A stretch of DNA of 64,000 bases, from positions 4,992,001 through 5,056,000 of the forward strand of contig CBDCXR010000004.1 in the NCBI GenBank assembly GCA_965223845.1. The letters are read 5' to 3'. Source of the DNA: Planctomycetota bacterium. Lineage in GTDB: Bacteria > Planctomycetota > UBA8108 > SXIK01. The translations under genes were made by a program, and so were the position numbers. Under the pieces are notes generated by a model. That model was not told the origin of the DNA. It saw only the letters and a program-made list of their open reading frames with translations, and did not search any database. Shown here piece after piece: positions 45,676-54,136 of the stretch. The first letter of the stretch is position 1. Each line of letters begins with the position of its first letter.

Positions 45676-48600
45676 TCAACGCGAAAGCGATGGTACGTGT
45701 TGCGAACGTACCGCCCCGGTCTCCGTCTCGCCGTACTCCCCGAGCGACCAAACGAGATCGCGGTAGTTCTGAACATCGAGCACGGTCAGCGTCTGGATGG
45801 CTCGCACCGTGACGATCTTGCGCGTCCAGTTGTCGTAGTCGCGCGCGACGCGGCGCATCTCACCGAGGACGACGTCGGTGTGCTCCGCTCCGCACCGTGC
45901 TTCTTCGAGAGTCATCGCCACCGCGCGTTCGATCGCTCGTCCCGCTCCCAAGAAACGCCGGAGAAACTTCCGTCGCATCTTTCCGGGGAGGTCCTTCGCG
46001 AGGACGCCGTGGTCCATCGCTTCACGAAAGAGCCGGCGACGGCGGCGGTTCCGAGGCAGGAACCAGAGGAAACCACCGAACACGAAGATCTCGAGTCGGG
46101 CTCCCCACGACTCGCGCTCCGTCGATGCGCGAGCGAAGAATTCGCGCGTCCGCTCCGGAGCGGTAATTCGGGAGCGCAGGCGACCGTGGTCGTTCACGTA
46201 GGCGGTCGCGAGCGCGCGGAGCACTTCGCCACCGTGCTCGGCGAACCCGCTCGACTCTCCGAGGGCGGAGAAGAGACCCGCCGCGCCGTTCTCGAGCCAG
46301 CCGTGACGGGCAAGGTAGAACCGGAACCGGCGGAGATCCTGCTCGACCTCGGCCCGAAACGCCTCGAGCGGACTGCGCTCGGTCTCGAAAGCGCCGATGA
46401 AGTTGAGGTCGTCGCGGTACGAGTGCGTCGAATCGGCGTCGCTCGCCGCGCGTGCGCGTTCGACCCCGGGAATTCGAAGGTCGAGATAGGCGATGTCGAT
46501 CGCCATGCGAAGCTCGAGCAGCTCCATGAAAATCGGCTTCCGCATTCGATTGATCTTGCGGACCGCGACATCGAAATTCGCGACGCGCGACAGCTGACTC
46601 CGCAGGAGACTCGTCCCGCCGATGACCTCACGGACGAGCTGGGCGACCTGTCGAACCGCACCGACGACGAGCTTTCCCGCCGCGAGGACCGCGACGAGTG
46701 GCAAAAAGATGAATCTCGCCCCGCCGAAATAGCGGTGGTAGATCCGGTACGGGTTGAAGACGCGCTGGTGGCGCGGCAGTTGGTGGTAGGGTCGGGTGCC
46801 GAAGACGTCGCGAATCACTCCGCGTCGGTCGCGCCGGAGGGCTTCGAACACGTCATCGCCGAAGCGTCGACGAACCTCGGCGTCGCGCACGGGGTCGACG
46901 GTCAGGAAGTGAAGCGCGTGGAACTCGTCCGTCAGGAGGGTCTGGGCTCGAGTTCCTTCGCGCCGCGCGGTGCGCCGCTCATACGCGCCCTCGTCGCCCA
47001 GCTCGCGCGCGCGTAGAAAACTCTGAAGGCGATCGTTTTCCTCCGGCGTTGCGAGCGCGCGCTTTTCGAGCGGTAGGCAGGTCCGGTTGTACTCCGTGAC
47101 GAGCTTCGCCGTTTCGATCGAGAGACTCTCCGTGATGAAGCGGAACCAGAAGTAGGGCCCGAGGGTGAGGAGGCTGTTCTTTTCGAGATTGAGCTTCTCG
47201 AGCCGCCTCCGCGCCCGTCGCGAGAGAGACAGCGTGTGGGTGCGGATGTCGTCGAGAACAAGATTTCCGAGGAGCTGCACGGACGTTCCGCCGTCGCTCC
47301 GATGGAGAATCGGGCCGTCGAGAAACGACGCGTAGTGAAGCTGGATCGCGTCACGATCCCCCGCGAACGGCAGCCACGCGTCCGTCTCGAGAGTTCCCGT
47401 CTCGTCGGCGAGGAATTCGACCCACGCGCTCCGCTTCGAGCTCGGCGGCGGCCGGACTTCGAACTCCGGCGCGATGACGGATTGGAAGAGGCGGTCGAGG
47501 TCTTCGCTCCGCCGCCGACGCTTCCACTCTTTCGTGAGCGTGTAAAAGTGCGCATCGGCGGTCCGGAGATGAACATCGAGGGCCTCCCCGGCGATTTTCT
47601 TCAGCCAAAGCCCGATGACGAACACGACGAGACAGATCGATCCGAGGACGAGAATCGGGACGCCGAGGATCTCGAAGAGTCGATTGGACACGCTCGAGAG
47701 CATGCCGCCGAAGCCCTCACTCGTCGCTCCGAAGAGGTGCGCGAGCCCGCGAAAGAGGAAGAAGAGACCGCCGAGAAGAAGAAGTCGAATCGCGGGCCGC
47801 TTCGACGCGAGGATCATCGCGCTCGCGATGCGATCGAGGATCTGAGGACCGGTGGTGATTCCGGAGACGTCTCCCCAGAATCGAAGTGCACCGAGAAAAT
47901 CCTCGAGGACACGGCCGATGGCGCGGATCGCGGTGGCGACGGCCTCCCCGGGATCTTCGAGGCGAGCGGCGGGCGCGATGCGCCGAACGAGAGGGGCTCG
48001 CCGAAAGACCGGAACGTCGAGGAACCGAAGCCAGCGCGCGACGCGCTGCGCACCTTCGCGTCCGAGATGCGTCATGGAACGCGTGACGTCGCAATCGAGG
48101 CAGCGGACGATGACTTCGTCGAGCCGAATCTCGTCCGCGCCGCCGAGCACGCTCCGGCGGTAGGGAACGCCGAGCTCAACGAGAACATCGGCCTCGAGCC
48201 CGAGGAGCTCGGCATGCCGGCGGAGGAGCTCGGCGCGCTCGGACCACTCGACGTCGCGATAGACCAGCCGGAACGCACGTCGATGCCTCTCGGCGAGCTG
48301 GCTCAACTGATTCTCGACGGCCGAATCGGGCGCGTCGTCGACTCCGCGAAGGTCGAAGAGCACGACGTCGCGATCGAGAACGCCGCGAAAACGTTCGACC
48401 GTACGGTCGGCGCCCCGCACGAAGAACGCCAGCACCCGAAGACTTCGAAAGAGCGCCGGAAGCCGGAGGAAGCGCTGGAACTGAAACAAGCGAACTACGA
48501 TGACGCTGCTCAGCGCCGGCATGAGAAGGCCGTAGGGAAGCGCCGGCAGACTTTCGAGGAAGAAATGACGGCGGAAGTACCAACCGCGCCAGCGCGCGTG

Positions 48601-49926
48601 ATGCCAGCGGACGAAGAAGTCGACTTGGAAACCGACGCAGAGGATCAAGTCCGCGAGATGGAGCCAGAGGATCAGCGGATGACGCTCTTCTGAGCCACCG
48701 CCCGCGCCGAGCCCACCGGGCGAGGAGTCGGCGCTGTTCGCGCCGCTGCCCGATGCCCCTCCGGCTCCGGTCGAGCCCAGCCACCACTCGAGCGCGGCGA
48801 TGCCGAGAAACGCGAAGATCATCCAGAGCACGACCATCTCGGCCCAGCGGACGCCGCGCGCTCCGAACGTCGCCCGGAGACGCCGATAGACCGTCTCCTC
48901 GCGTTCGGCGTTTCGCGTCCGTTTCCGGATCCGTTCGAGCCGGCGGAGCTTCCTTTTGAGGTCGCGCGCTTCGACGCGCGGCAGCGCTCCCTTTCTCAGA
49001 AGCGCCTTCTGGTCGTCCTGAACGACTTTGAAAAAGAAATCGATGCGATCTCGCAACGCGCGGAGGGACGGAATCTTGCGGCACTCATCCGCACCGGCGA
49101 CATCGGTCAGAATCGCGCTCGCGTAGTCGATGAGATCGCTCGCTGCGCGGTCGCAAAACTGCGCTTTTTCGGTCGGCGTCGATTCTCCGAACGCTTTCGC
49201 ACAGCGGTCGACAAATTCGGCGCGCTGCGTCTTGAGCGCGCGAACGCCCTTCTCACCCAATTCGAGCTTCGCTTCGAGACTCGATGGCTCGGAGGCAGCC
49301 GACGGTGTCGCGGAAGAGTAGCCGCGCGCCGCCGCCTCGATCTCCACCTGGTACGACTCCCCCGCCGCGAACCAAAGATGAAGCGCCTCTTCGAACGACG
49401 ACCGGCCAGCCGGAACGTCGCTCTCATCGAGAAACCGCACGAGCTTCTTGTGAAGGAGCCGCCGGCGGACGCCCTCGGCGGTTTCGTCGACGACGCGGGC
49501 GCCGAGTTCGAGCGCGGGGTCCCAGCGTGCGACCCCTTTCGCCTCCGATTCGACCCAGTCGAGCTCACTCTCGACGAACGACACGGGATCGGCCGAAAGC
49601 TCGCCCGAGGCACTCTCGCCGAGCCAACGAAGCCAGCGCACCTCTGCGCCGAGATCGAGAGCGGCGTCGAGTGCCGCCGCGGGATCGCTCTCGGCTCCGT
49701 CCTCGAAAGAACGGACGCGCTCGGCGACTTCAGCGGCGCGCTCGGAGATCCTCTCCTGCACCTCGTCGGCACGCAGCTCGCCGTAGGCGGCGATTTCCCC
49801 GCGCCGCACTTCGCGGAGATCCGCGACGAGCTCGGAGGGGATGGATCGCCCATCGCGGACGTGGGCGTGCGCTGCGGTGGAGATCCTCCAAGCGGAGCGG
49901 GGGGAGTCGGAGTCGAGAGGCGCCAT
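45676..49926 (-). CDS. Large membrane protein containing an Ion_trans-like S1-S4 voltage-sensor module, no recognisable pore
   Basis: S1 EMVVLWMIFAFLGIAALE; S2 DLILCVGFQVDFFVR; S3 YFRRHFFLESLPALPY; S4 RLFQFQRFLRLPALFRSLRV; further hydrophobic segments downstream. Confidence 0.8.
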   Translation of the reverse strand: MAPLDSDSPRSAWRISTAAHAHVRDGRSIPSELVADLREVRRGEIAAYGELRADEVQERISERAAEVAERVRSFEDGAESDPAAALDAALDLGAEVRWLRWLGESASGELSADPVSFVESELDWVESEAKGVARWDPALELGARVVDETAEGVRRRLLHKKLVRFLDESDVPAGRSSFEEALHLWFAAGESYQVEIEAAARGYSSATPSAASEPSSLEAKLELGEKGVRALKTQRAEFVDRCAKAFGESTPTEKAQFCDRAASDLIDYASAILTDVAGADECRKIPSLRALRDRIDFFFKVVQDDQKALLRKGALPRVEARDLKRKLRRLERIRKRTRNAEREETVYRRLRATFGARGVRWAEMVVLWMIFAFLGIAALEWWLGSTGAGGASGSGANSADSSPGGLGAGGGSEERHPLILWLHLADLILCVGFQVDFFVRWHHARWRGWYFRRHFFLESLPALPYGLLMPALSSVIVVRLFQFQRFLRLPALFRSLRVLAFFVRGADRTVERFRGVLDRDVVLFDLRGVDDAPDSAVENQLSQLAERHRRAFRLVYRDVEWSERAELLRRHAELLGLEADVLVELGVPYRRSVLGGADEIRLDEVIVRCLDCDVTRSMTHLGREGAQRVARWLRFLDVPVFRRAPLVRRIAPAARLEDPGEAVATAIRAIGRVLEDFLGALRFWGDVSGITTGPQILDRIASAMILASKRPAIRLLLLGGLFFLFRGLAHLFGATSEGFGGMLSSVSNRLFEILGVPILVLGSICLVVFVIGLWLKKIAGEALDVHLRTADAHFYTLTKEWKRRRRSEDLDRLFQSVIAPEFEVRPPPSSKRSAWVEFLADETGTLETDAWLPFAGDRDAIQLHYASFLDGPILHRSDGGTSVQLLGNLVLDDIRTHTLSLSRRARRRLEKLNLEKNSLLTLGPYFWFRFITESLSIETAKLVTEYNRTCLPLEKRALATPEENDRLQSFLRARELGDEGAYERRTARREGTRAQTLLTDEFHALHFLTVDPVRDAEVRRRFGDDVFEALRRDRRGVIRDVFGTRPYHQLPRHQRVFNPYRIYHRYFGGARFIFLPLVAVLAAGKLVVGAVRQVAQLVREVIGGTSLLRSQLSRVANFDVAVRKINRMRKPIFMELLELRMAIDIAYLDLRIPGVERARAASDADSTHSYRDDLNFIGAFETERSPLEAFRAEVEQDLRRFRFYLARHGWLENGAAGLFSALGESSGFAEHGGEVLRALATAYVNDHGRLRSRITAPERTREFFARASTERESWGARLEIFVFGGFLWFLPRNRRRRRLFREAMDHGVLAKDLPGKMRRKFLRRFLGAGRAIERAVAMTLEEARCGAEHTDVVLGEMRRVARDYDNWTRKIVTVRAIQTLTVLDVQNYRDLVWSLGEYGETETGAVRSQHVPSLSR

Positions 49927-50067
49927 CGCGGGACGGATCAAGTACGAAAAAACACGGGCGACCGGCCGCTCGAGGCGCGAGCTCGCGGACGATCTCGTAG
50001 CGAGCGAGGACGGAGACTACAATGCTCCGGGAAGTCACCGGCGAAGTCACGAGAAGAAGCGAGCAAG

Positions 50068-51423
50068 ATGGCCGATCTCAAAAGCCTTGTCCATGACCGC
50101 GAAGACGCACTCCTCGACGAGCTGAAGGCTCTTCTTCGAATTCCGAGCGTCAGCACCGACCCCGCTCGCGCGAGCGACGTCGCCCGCTGCGCCGCTTGGG
50201 TTCACGAGCGCGCGGCGAATGCCGGATTTCGAGTCGAAACGATCGCAACCGACGGCCATCCGGTCGTTCTCGGCGAGCTGCTCGTCGACCCCTCCCGCCC
50301 CACCGTTCTCATCTACGGCCACTACGACGTCCAGCCGCCCGACCCGCTCGACCTGTGGCGCCACGGTCCCTTCGAGCCGACAGTCGAAGGTGAGTATCTC
50401 GTCGCGCGCGGCTCGACGGACGACAAGGGTCAATTCTACGCCCTCCTCAAGGGAACGGAGCTCGCGCGCGAGCTCGCCGGTTCGCTCTCGGTCAACGTGA
50501 AAATCCTGATCGAGGGAGAGGAAGAAGTCGGAAGCCCGAATCTCGTTCCGTTCATTCGCTCGCACGCGGATCGCCTCACCTGCGACGTCGTCGTCATCGC
50601 GGATTCCTGTCAATTCGCGCGCGACGTGCCGGCGATCACCTACGGACTGAAGGGGCTCGCCTACCTCGAGATCGTCGTCCGCGGAGCGGCCACCGACCTT
50701 CACTCCGGATCGTTCGGGGGCGCGGTCGCGAATCCCGCCAATGTCCTCACGCGGCTGATCGCCGCCTGCCAATGCCCCTTCGGACGCGTCGCGATTCCCG
50801 GATTCTACGACGACGTGAAACCGATCGAGGACTGGGAACGAAAAGAGTTCGCCAAGCTGCCGTTCGACGACGAGCAGTTTCGCCAGTCGATCGGTGCCCC
50901 GGAGCTCTTCGGAGAAGAAGGCTACTCGACGCTCGAGCGACGCTGGGCGCGGCCGACGCTCGACGTGAACGGTCTCCTCAGTGGATTTACTGGCGAAGGC
51001 GCGAAGACGGTGCTTCCGTGCGAGGCGCGCGCGAAGTTCTCGATGCGCCTCGTACCCGATCAGACCCCCGAGCGCATCACCGAGCTCGTTCGCGAGTTTC
51101 TGAACGAGATCGCTCCGTCGACGGTCGAGCTCGACATCATCGACCACCACGGCGCACACCCCGTGCTCCTTCCGACGGAGGGGCGGTTCGTGGACGCCGC
51201 GATGCGTGCCTACGAACACGGCTTCGGGTGCCGGCCGGTGTTTATCCGCGAGGGCGGCTCGATCCCCGTCGTCAACACGTTCCGCGAGGAGCTCGGTGCG
51301 GACAGCTTGCTCCTCGGCCTCGGCCTACCCGACGACGGCGCCCACGCGCCGAACGAGCGATTTCGCATCGAAGACTACTACCGCGGCATCGTCACGATGG
51401 GTCGATTTCTCGCGGAGATCTAG
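50068..51423 (+). CDS. M20 family dipeptidase (ArgE/DapE-like)
   Basis: YGHYDVQP, RGSTDDKG, EGEEEVGS, DLHSG..GG, GGSIP, HAPNE. Confidence 0.94.
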   Translation: MADLKSLVHDREDALLDELKALLRIPSVSTDPARASDVARCAAWVHERAANAGFRVETIATDGHPVVLGELLVDPSRPTVLIYGHYDVQPPDPLDLWRHGPFEPTVEGEYLVARGSTDDKGQFYALLKGTELARELAGSLSVNVKILIEGEEEVGSPNLVPFIRSHADRLTCDVVVIADSCQFARDVPAITYGLKGLAYLEIVVRGAATDLHSGSFGGAVANPANVLTRLIAACQCPFGRVAIPGFYDDVKPIEDWERKEFAKLPFDDEQFRQSIGAPELFGEEGYSTLERRWARPTLDVNGLLSGFTGEGAKTVLPCEARAKFSMRLVPDQTPERITELVREFLNEIAPSTVELDIIDHHGAHPVLLPTEGRFVDAAMRAYEHGFGCRPVFIREGGSIPVVNTFREELGADSLLLGLGLPDDGAHAPNERFRIEDYYRGIVTMGRFLAEI

Positions 51424-51634
51424 CCACGGTGCGTCCTCTCTCGAGAGGCTCGACGTTCCACCGCGGCCTTTATCATTCGCGCAGGTCGGGGAACGGGCTA
51501 TACTGCGCCCTTCTTAAGCTCGGGTCTGGCCGAAGGACGAGTCGCGGATGCCTCGACGCCGCCAGCCCGCGTCGACCGGCTCCGAAGCCGGATGCGAAGT
51601 GAAGAATGAGTTGTGGAGAAACTGAGGAGCCCCC

Positions 51635-52417
51635 GTGGTTCAGACAACCGTCCCGAGTGGACGTCTAGAAGACGCCCGCATCGCGTTCTTTTGCGATTTC
51701 GAGAACATCGCGCTCGGAGTGCGCGACGCGAAGTACAAGAGCTTCGACATCGGCAAGGTTCTCGAACGCATCGTCGAGTACGGCAAGATCGTCGTTCGCC
51801 GCGCCTACGCCGACTGGGACGCGTACAGTCGCTACAAGCGAGCGTTTCACGAAGCGGGAATCGAGCTCATCGAGATTCCACGAAAGGCGTACAGCGGGAA
51901 GAACTCGGCGGATATCCGGATGGTGGTCGACGCGATGGATCTATCGTTTTCGAAAGATCACATCAACTGCTTCGCACTCGTGAGCGGAGACAGCGACTTC
52001 TCTCCACTCGTTTCGAAGCTCCGCGAGAACGACAAGTACATCGTCGGGGTCGGCGTCAAGAATTCGACGAGCGATCTCCTCGTCGAGAGCTGCGACGAGT
52101 TCATCTATTACGATGACATCGTCCGGGTGCAGCAGGGCTCATCCTCGACGAAGCGCCTCCGCGGGGCGACGGACAAAGAGAAAGAAGCGTTCTCCCGCGT
52201 CCTCAACGCGATCGAGGCTCTCGTGCGTCAGGATCGCGAGATCATCTGGAGCTCGATGGTCAAGCAAGCGATCAAACGCAAGTACCCGCAGTTCAACGAG
52301 CAGTACTACGGCTACCGTTCCTTCTCCCACCTGCTTCAGGACGCGCAGAAGAAGAAGCTCCTCACGCTCTCGCGCGACGAACGGAGCGGGGGTTACGAGG
52401 TGCGGCTCCCGGAGTAG
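51635..52417 (+). CDS. NYN domain (LabA/DUF88) protein with C-terminal OST-HTH/LOTUS domain
   Basis: FCDFENI, RAYADW, GKNSADI.MVVDAM, SGDSDF.PLV, CDEFIYYD; FNE.YYGYRSFS.LL; GAGGAG RBS + GTG. Confidence 0.92.
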   Translation: MVQTTVPSGRLEDARIAFFCDFENIALGVRDAKYKSFDIGKVLERIVEYGKIVVRRAYADWDAYSRYKRAFHEAGIELIEIPRKAYSGKNSADIRMVVDAMDLSFSKDHINCFALVSGDSDFSPLVSKLRENDKYIVGVGVKNSTSDLLVESCDEFIYYDDIVRVQQGSSSTKRLRGATDKEKEAFSRVLNAIEALVRQDREIIWSSMVKQAIKRKYPQFNEQYYGYRSFSHLLQDAQKKKLLTLSRDERSGGYEVRLPE

Positions 52418-52472
52418 GAGCTCGAGCGCATTCGCGTTTCTTGGGGTTATCCAACCACCAAGGGCATCGTCG

Positions 52473-52955
52473 CTAGTGCCCCCAATCGAGCACGCGCTCC
52501 CCGCTCGATTCGAATCGCCGCGCGTGGAGTACGATCTGCCCGGTGTGATACGCGTAGTGCGTTGCTACGTGGAGAGCCATGCGGAGGACCGTCGGCGACG
52601 CGCGTGACCAGTCGCTTTCCACGGCTCGGTCGAGGTCTTCCGGCCGAAGAGCGGCGAATACACCGCGCGTAACTCCCCGTGCCGACGCGAGCCCGTCGAG
52701 AAGGCCCGCGGCGTCCGGCCCGCTCTCCGCGTTGAACTCTCCGGCGCGATCACGCACGTAGCCGTTTCTACCGATGCAGGCCCCGATGTAGTGGTTTTCG
52801 TTTCCGGCGAGGTGGAGGCAGAGGTTTCCCACCGAGTTGCCCCCGTCCGGCGGGCGCAGCCAGAGATTGTCGGCTGGGATCCGTTCGAGGGCCGCGGCGA
52901 CAAAGCGGCGATGTTCCTCCATGGTGTCGAGGATCCCTTCGAGCGCCTTCTCCAT
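52473..52955 (-). CDS. DinB family protein (DUF1572-like)
   Basis: NSVGNLCLHLAGN, RDR..EF, H...H..YHTGQI; ATG starts 2 nt after the preceding stop. Confidence 0.88.
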   Translation of the reverse strand: MEKALEGILDTMEEHRRFVAAALERIPADNLWLRPPDGGNSVGNLCLHLAGNENHYIGACIGRNGYVRDRAGEFNAESGPDAAGLLDGLASARGVTRGVFAALRPEDLDRAVESDWSRASPTVLRMALHVATHYAYHTGQIVLHARRFESSGERVLDWGH

Positions 52956-52956
52956 T

Positions 52957-53523
52957 TCAGTCTCCCTCCGTGGATTCCCACATCGACGGCTCGAGATCGC
53001 ATCCGAGCCCGTCGACGAGGCGATTCGCGTACGCAAAGAAGCCGACGACGTGAGCGACGTCGAGAATCTCGCGATCCGAAAGGCCCGCGCGTCGCATCGC
53101 TTCGAGATCGTTCTCGGCCATCCCGTGGGGTGTATGCGTGAGTTTCGCCGCGTACTCGCTCATCGCGCGTTCGCGCGCGCCGAGCTCCGACGAGCGCCAC
53201 TCGCGAGCGACCGCGTCCACCCAAGCCCGGCGCTCTCGAGGGACCACCGACCGGAGGTCCGCGGCGTGGGCGAGAAGTCAGTACCGGCAACCGTTCTCCG
53301 CCGAGACGACGACCGCGACGAGCTCGCGCTCGACTCGCGACAGCGGTGACGGGCCGAACATGAGCCGCTTGTAGAGCTCGACCCATGCGCGCAGCAGCTC
53401 GGGATGGAGACTCGAAATCTGGAGGACTTGCGACACGCGGCCCGCGCGGCGGAGCGCCTCCTCGTACTCCTCTTCGAGCACTCCGGTCGCTTCGTCGGGC
53501 GTCACTCGGCGAATCCAAGCCAT
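52957..53523 (-). CDS. AhpD-like / CMD family peroxidase-related protein, probable selenoprotein (in-frame TGA at 53280-53278 = Sec)
   Basis: ORFs 53278-53523 and 52957-53247 are in the same frame. Read-through gives ...ERELVAVVVSAENGCRY-U-LLAHAADLR..., matching the family CxxCxxxH motif; the C-terminal half has AAKLT..P, R.AGLSD.EI, F..ANR. Confidence 0.85.
53241..53260 (-). promoter_or_regulatory. Candidate bacterial SECIS element
   Basis: Minus strand GGACC-T-CC-GGTC-GG-T-GGTCC hairpin begins 17 nt after the TGA; G-starting apical loop about 25 nt from the TGA. Confidence 0.65.
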
Positions 53524-53586
53524 CGCTCTCGTCTCCGCGTTTCGTAAGCGACTAGCCCGAGTTCCTCACCAGATTCGGTGAGCTCA

Positions 53587-53727
53587 GCGGCGAGCCGCCG
53601 TAGGTCGTGAACTGACAAGGAGGTGGCGCCGCACTGACCGGAGGTGTGCTTTTGGCACAGTGAGGATCAGGGTGGCGACACAACCGATGCTCAGTTCGCG
53701 CCAATAAGACGGCGCGGTCGGTGGCGC
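53587..53727. ncRNA. Structured ncRNA candidate (long irregular hairpin, 6S RNA-like)
   Basis: Nested complementary blocks: 53596-601/53709-714, 53607-615/53691-699, 53623-632/53672-681, 53634-637/53667-670, 53645-649/53655-659, with internal bubbles. Confidence 0.45.
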
Positions 53728-53752
53728 AGTAGAATCTATCGAGAAATCCAGG

Positions 53753-54136
53753 CTAGGCTCCCAGTCGGGCGAGCGCGATTCCGCCGAGAAGCGCGACCGC
53801 GCCGACGCCGAGGTGAAGCAGGACATTCCCCACCGCCGACATCCCGGCGCCTTCGCGCGCCAGCGTGTACGAGTCGAGAGCGAATGTCGAGTACGTCGTA
53901 AAACTCCCGAGAAAGCCGGTCAGCAAGAAGAGTCGCACGTCGGGGGTAAACCAAGCGCGCGACTCGATCAGACCGGTCGCGAGCCCGATGAGAAAACAAC
54001 CGGCCATGTTCACCACGAGTGTTCCCGCGGGGAACTCGCTCCCGACCCGCCGCTGGATCCAAGTGCTCACGAAGAAGCGAAGGAGAGCTCCCACCGCGCC
54101 TCCGAGGGCGATCGCCGTCCAGCGTGCGGCCATCAT
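53753..54136 (-). CDS. crcB: Fluoride efflux channel FluC/CrcB
   Basis: IALGGAVGALLRF, FPAGTLVVN..GCFLIG, TGFLGSFTTYSTF; ATGA overlap with the upstream TPR gene. Confidence 0.95.
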   Translation of the reverse strand: MMAARWTAIALGGAVGALLRFFVSTWIQRRVGSEFPAGTLVVNMAGCFLIGLATGLIESRAWFTPDVRLFLLTGFLGSFTTYSTFALDSYTLAREGAGMSAVGNVLLHLGVGAVALLGGIALARLGA

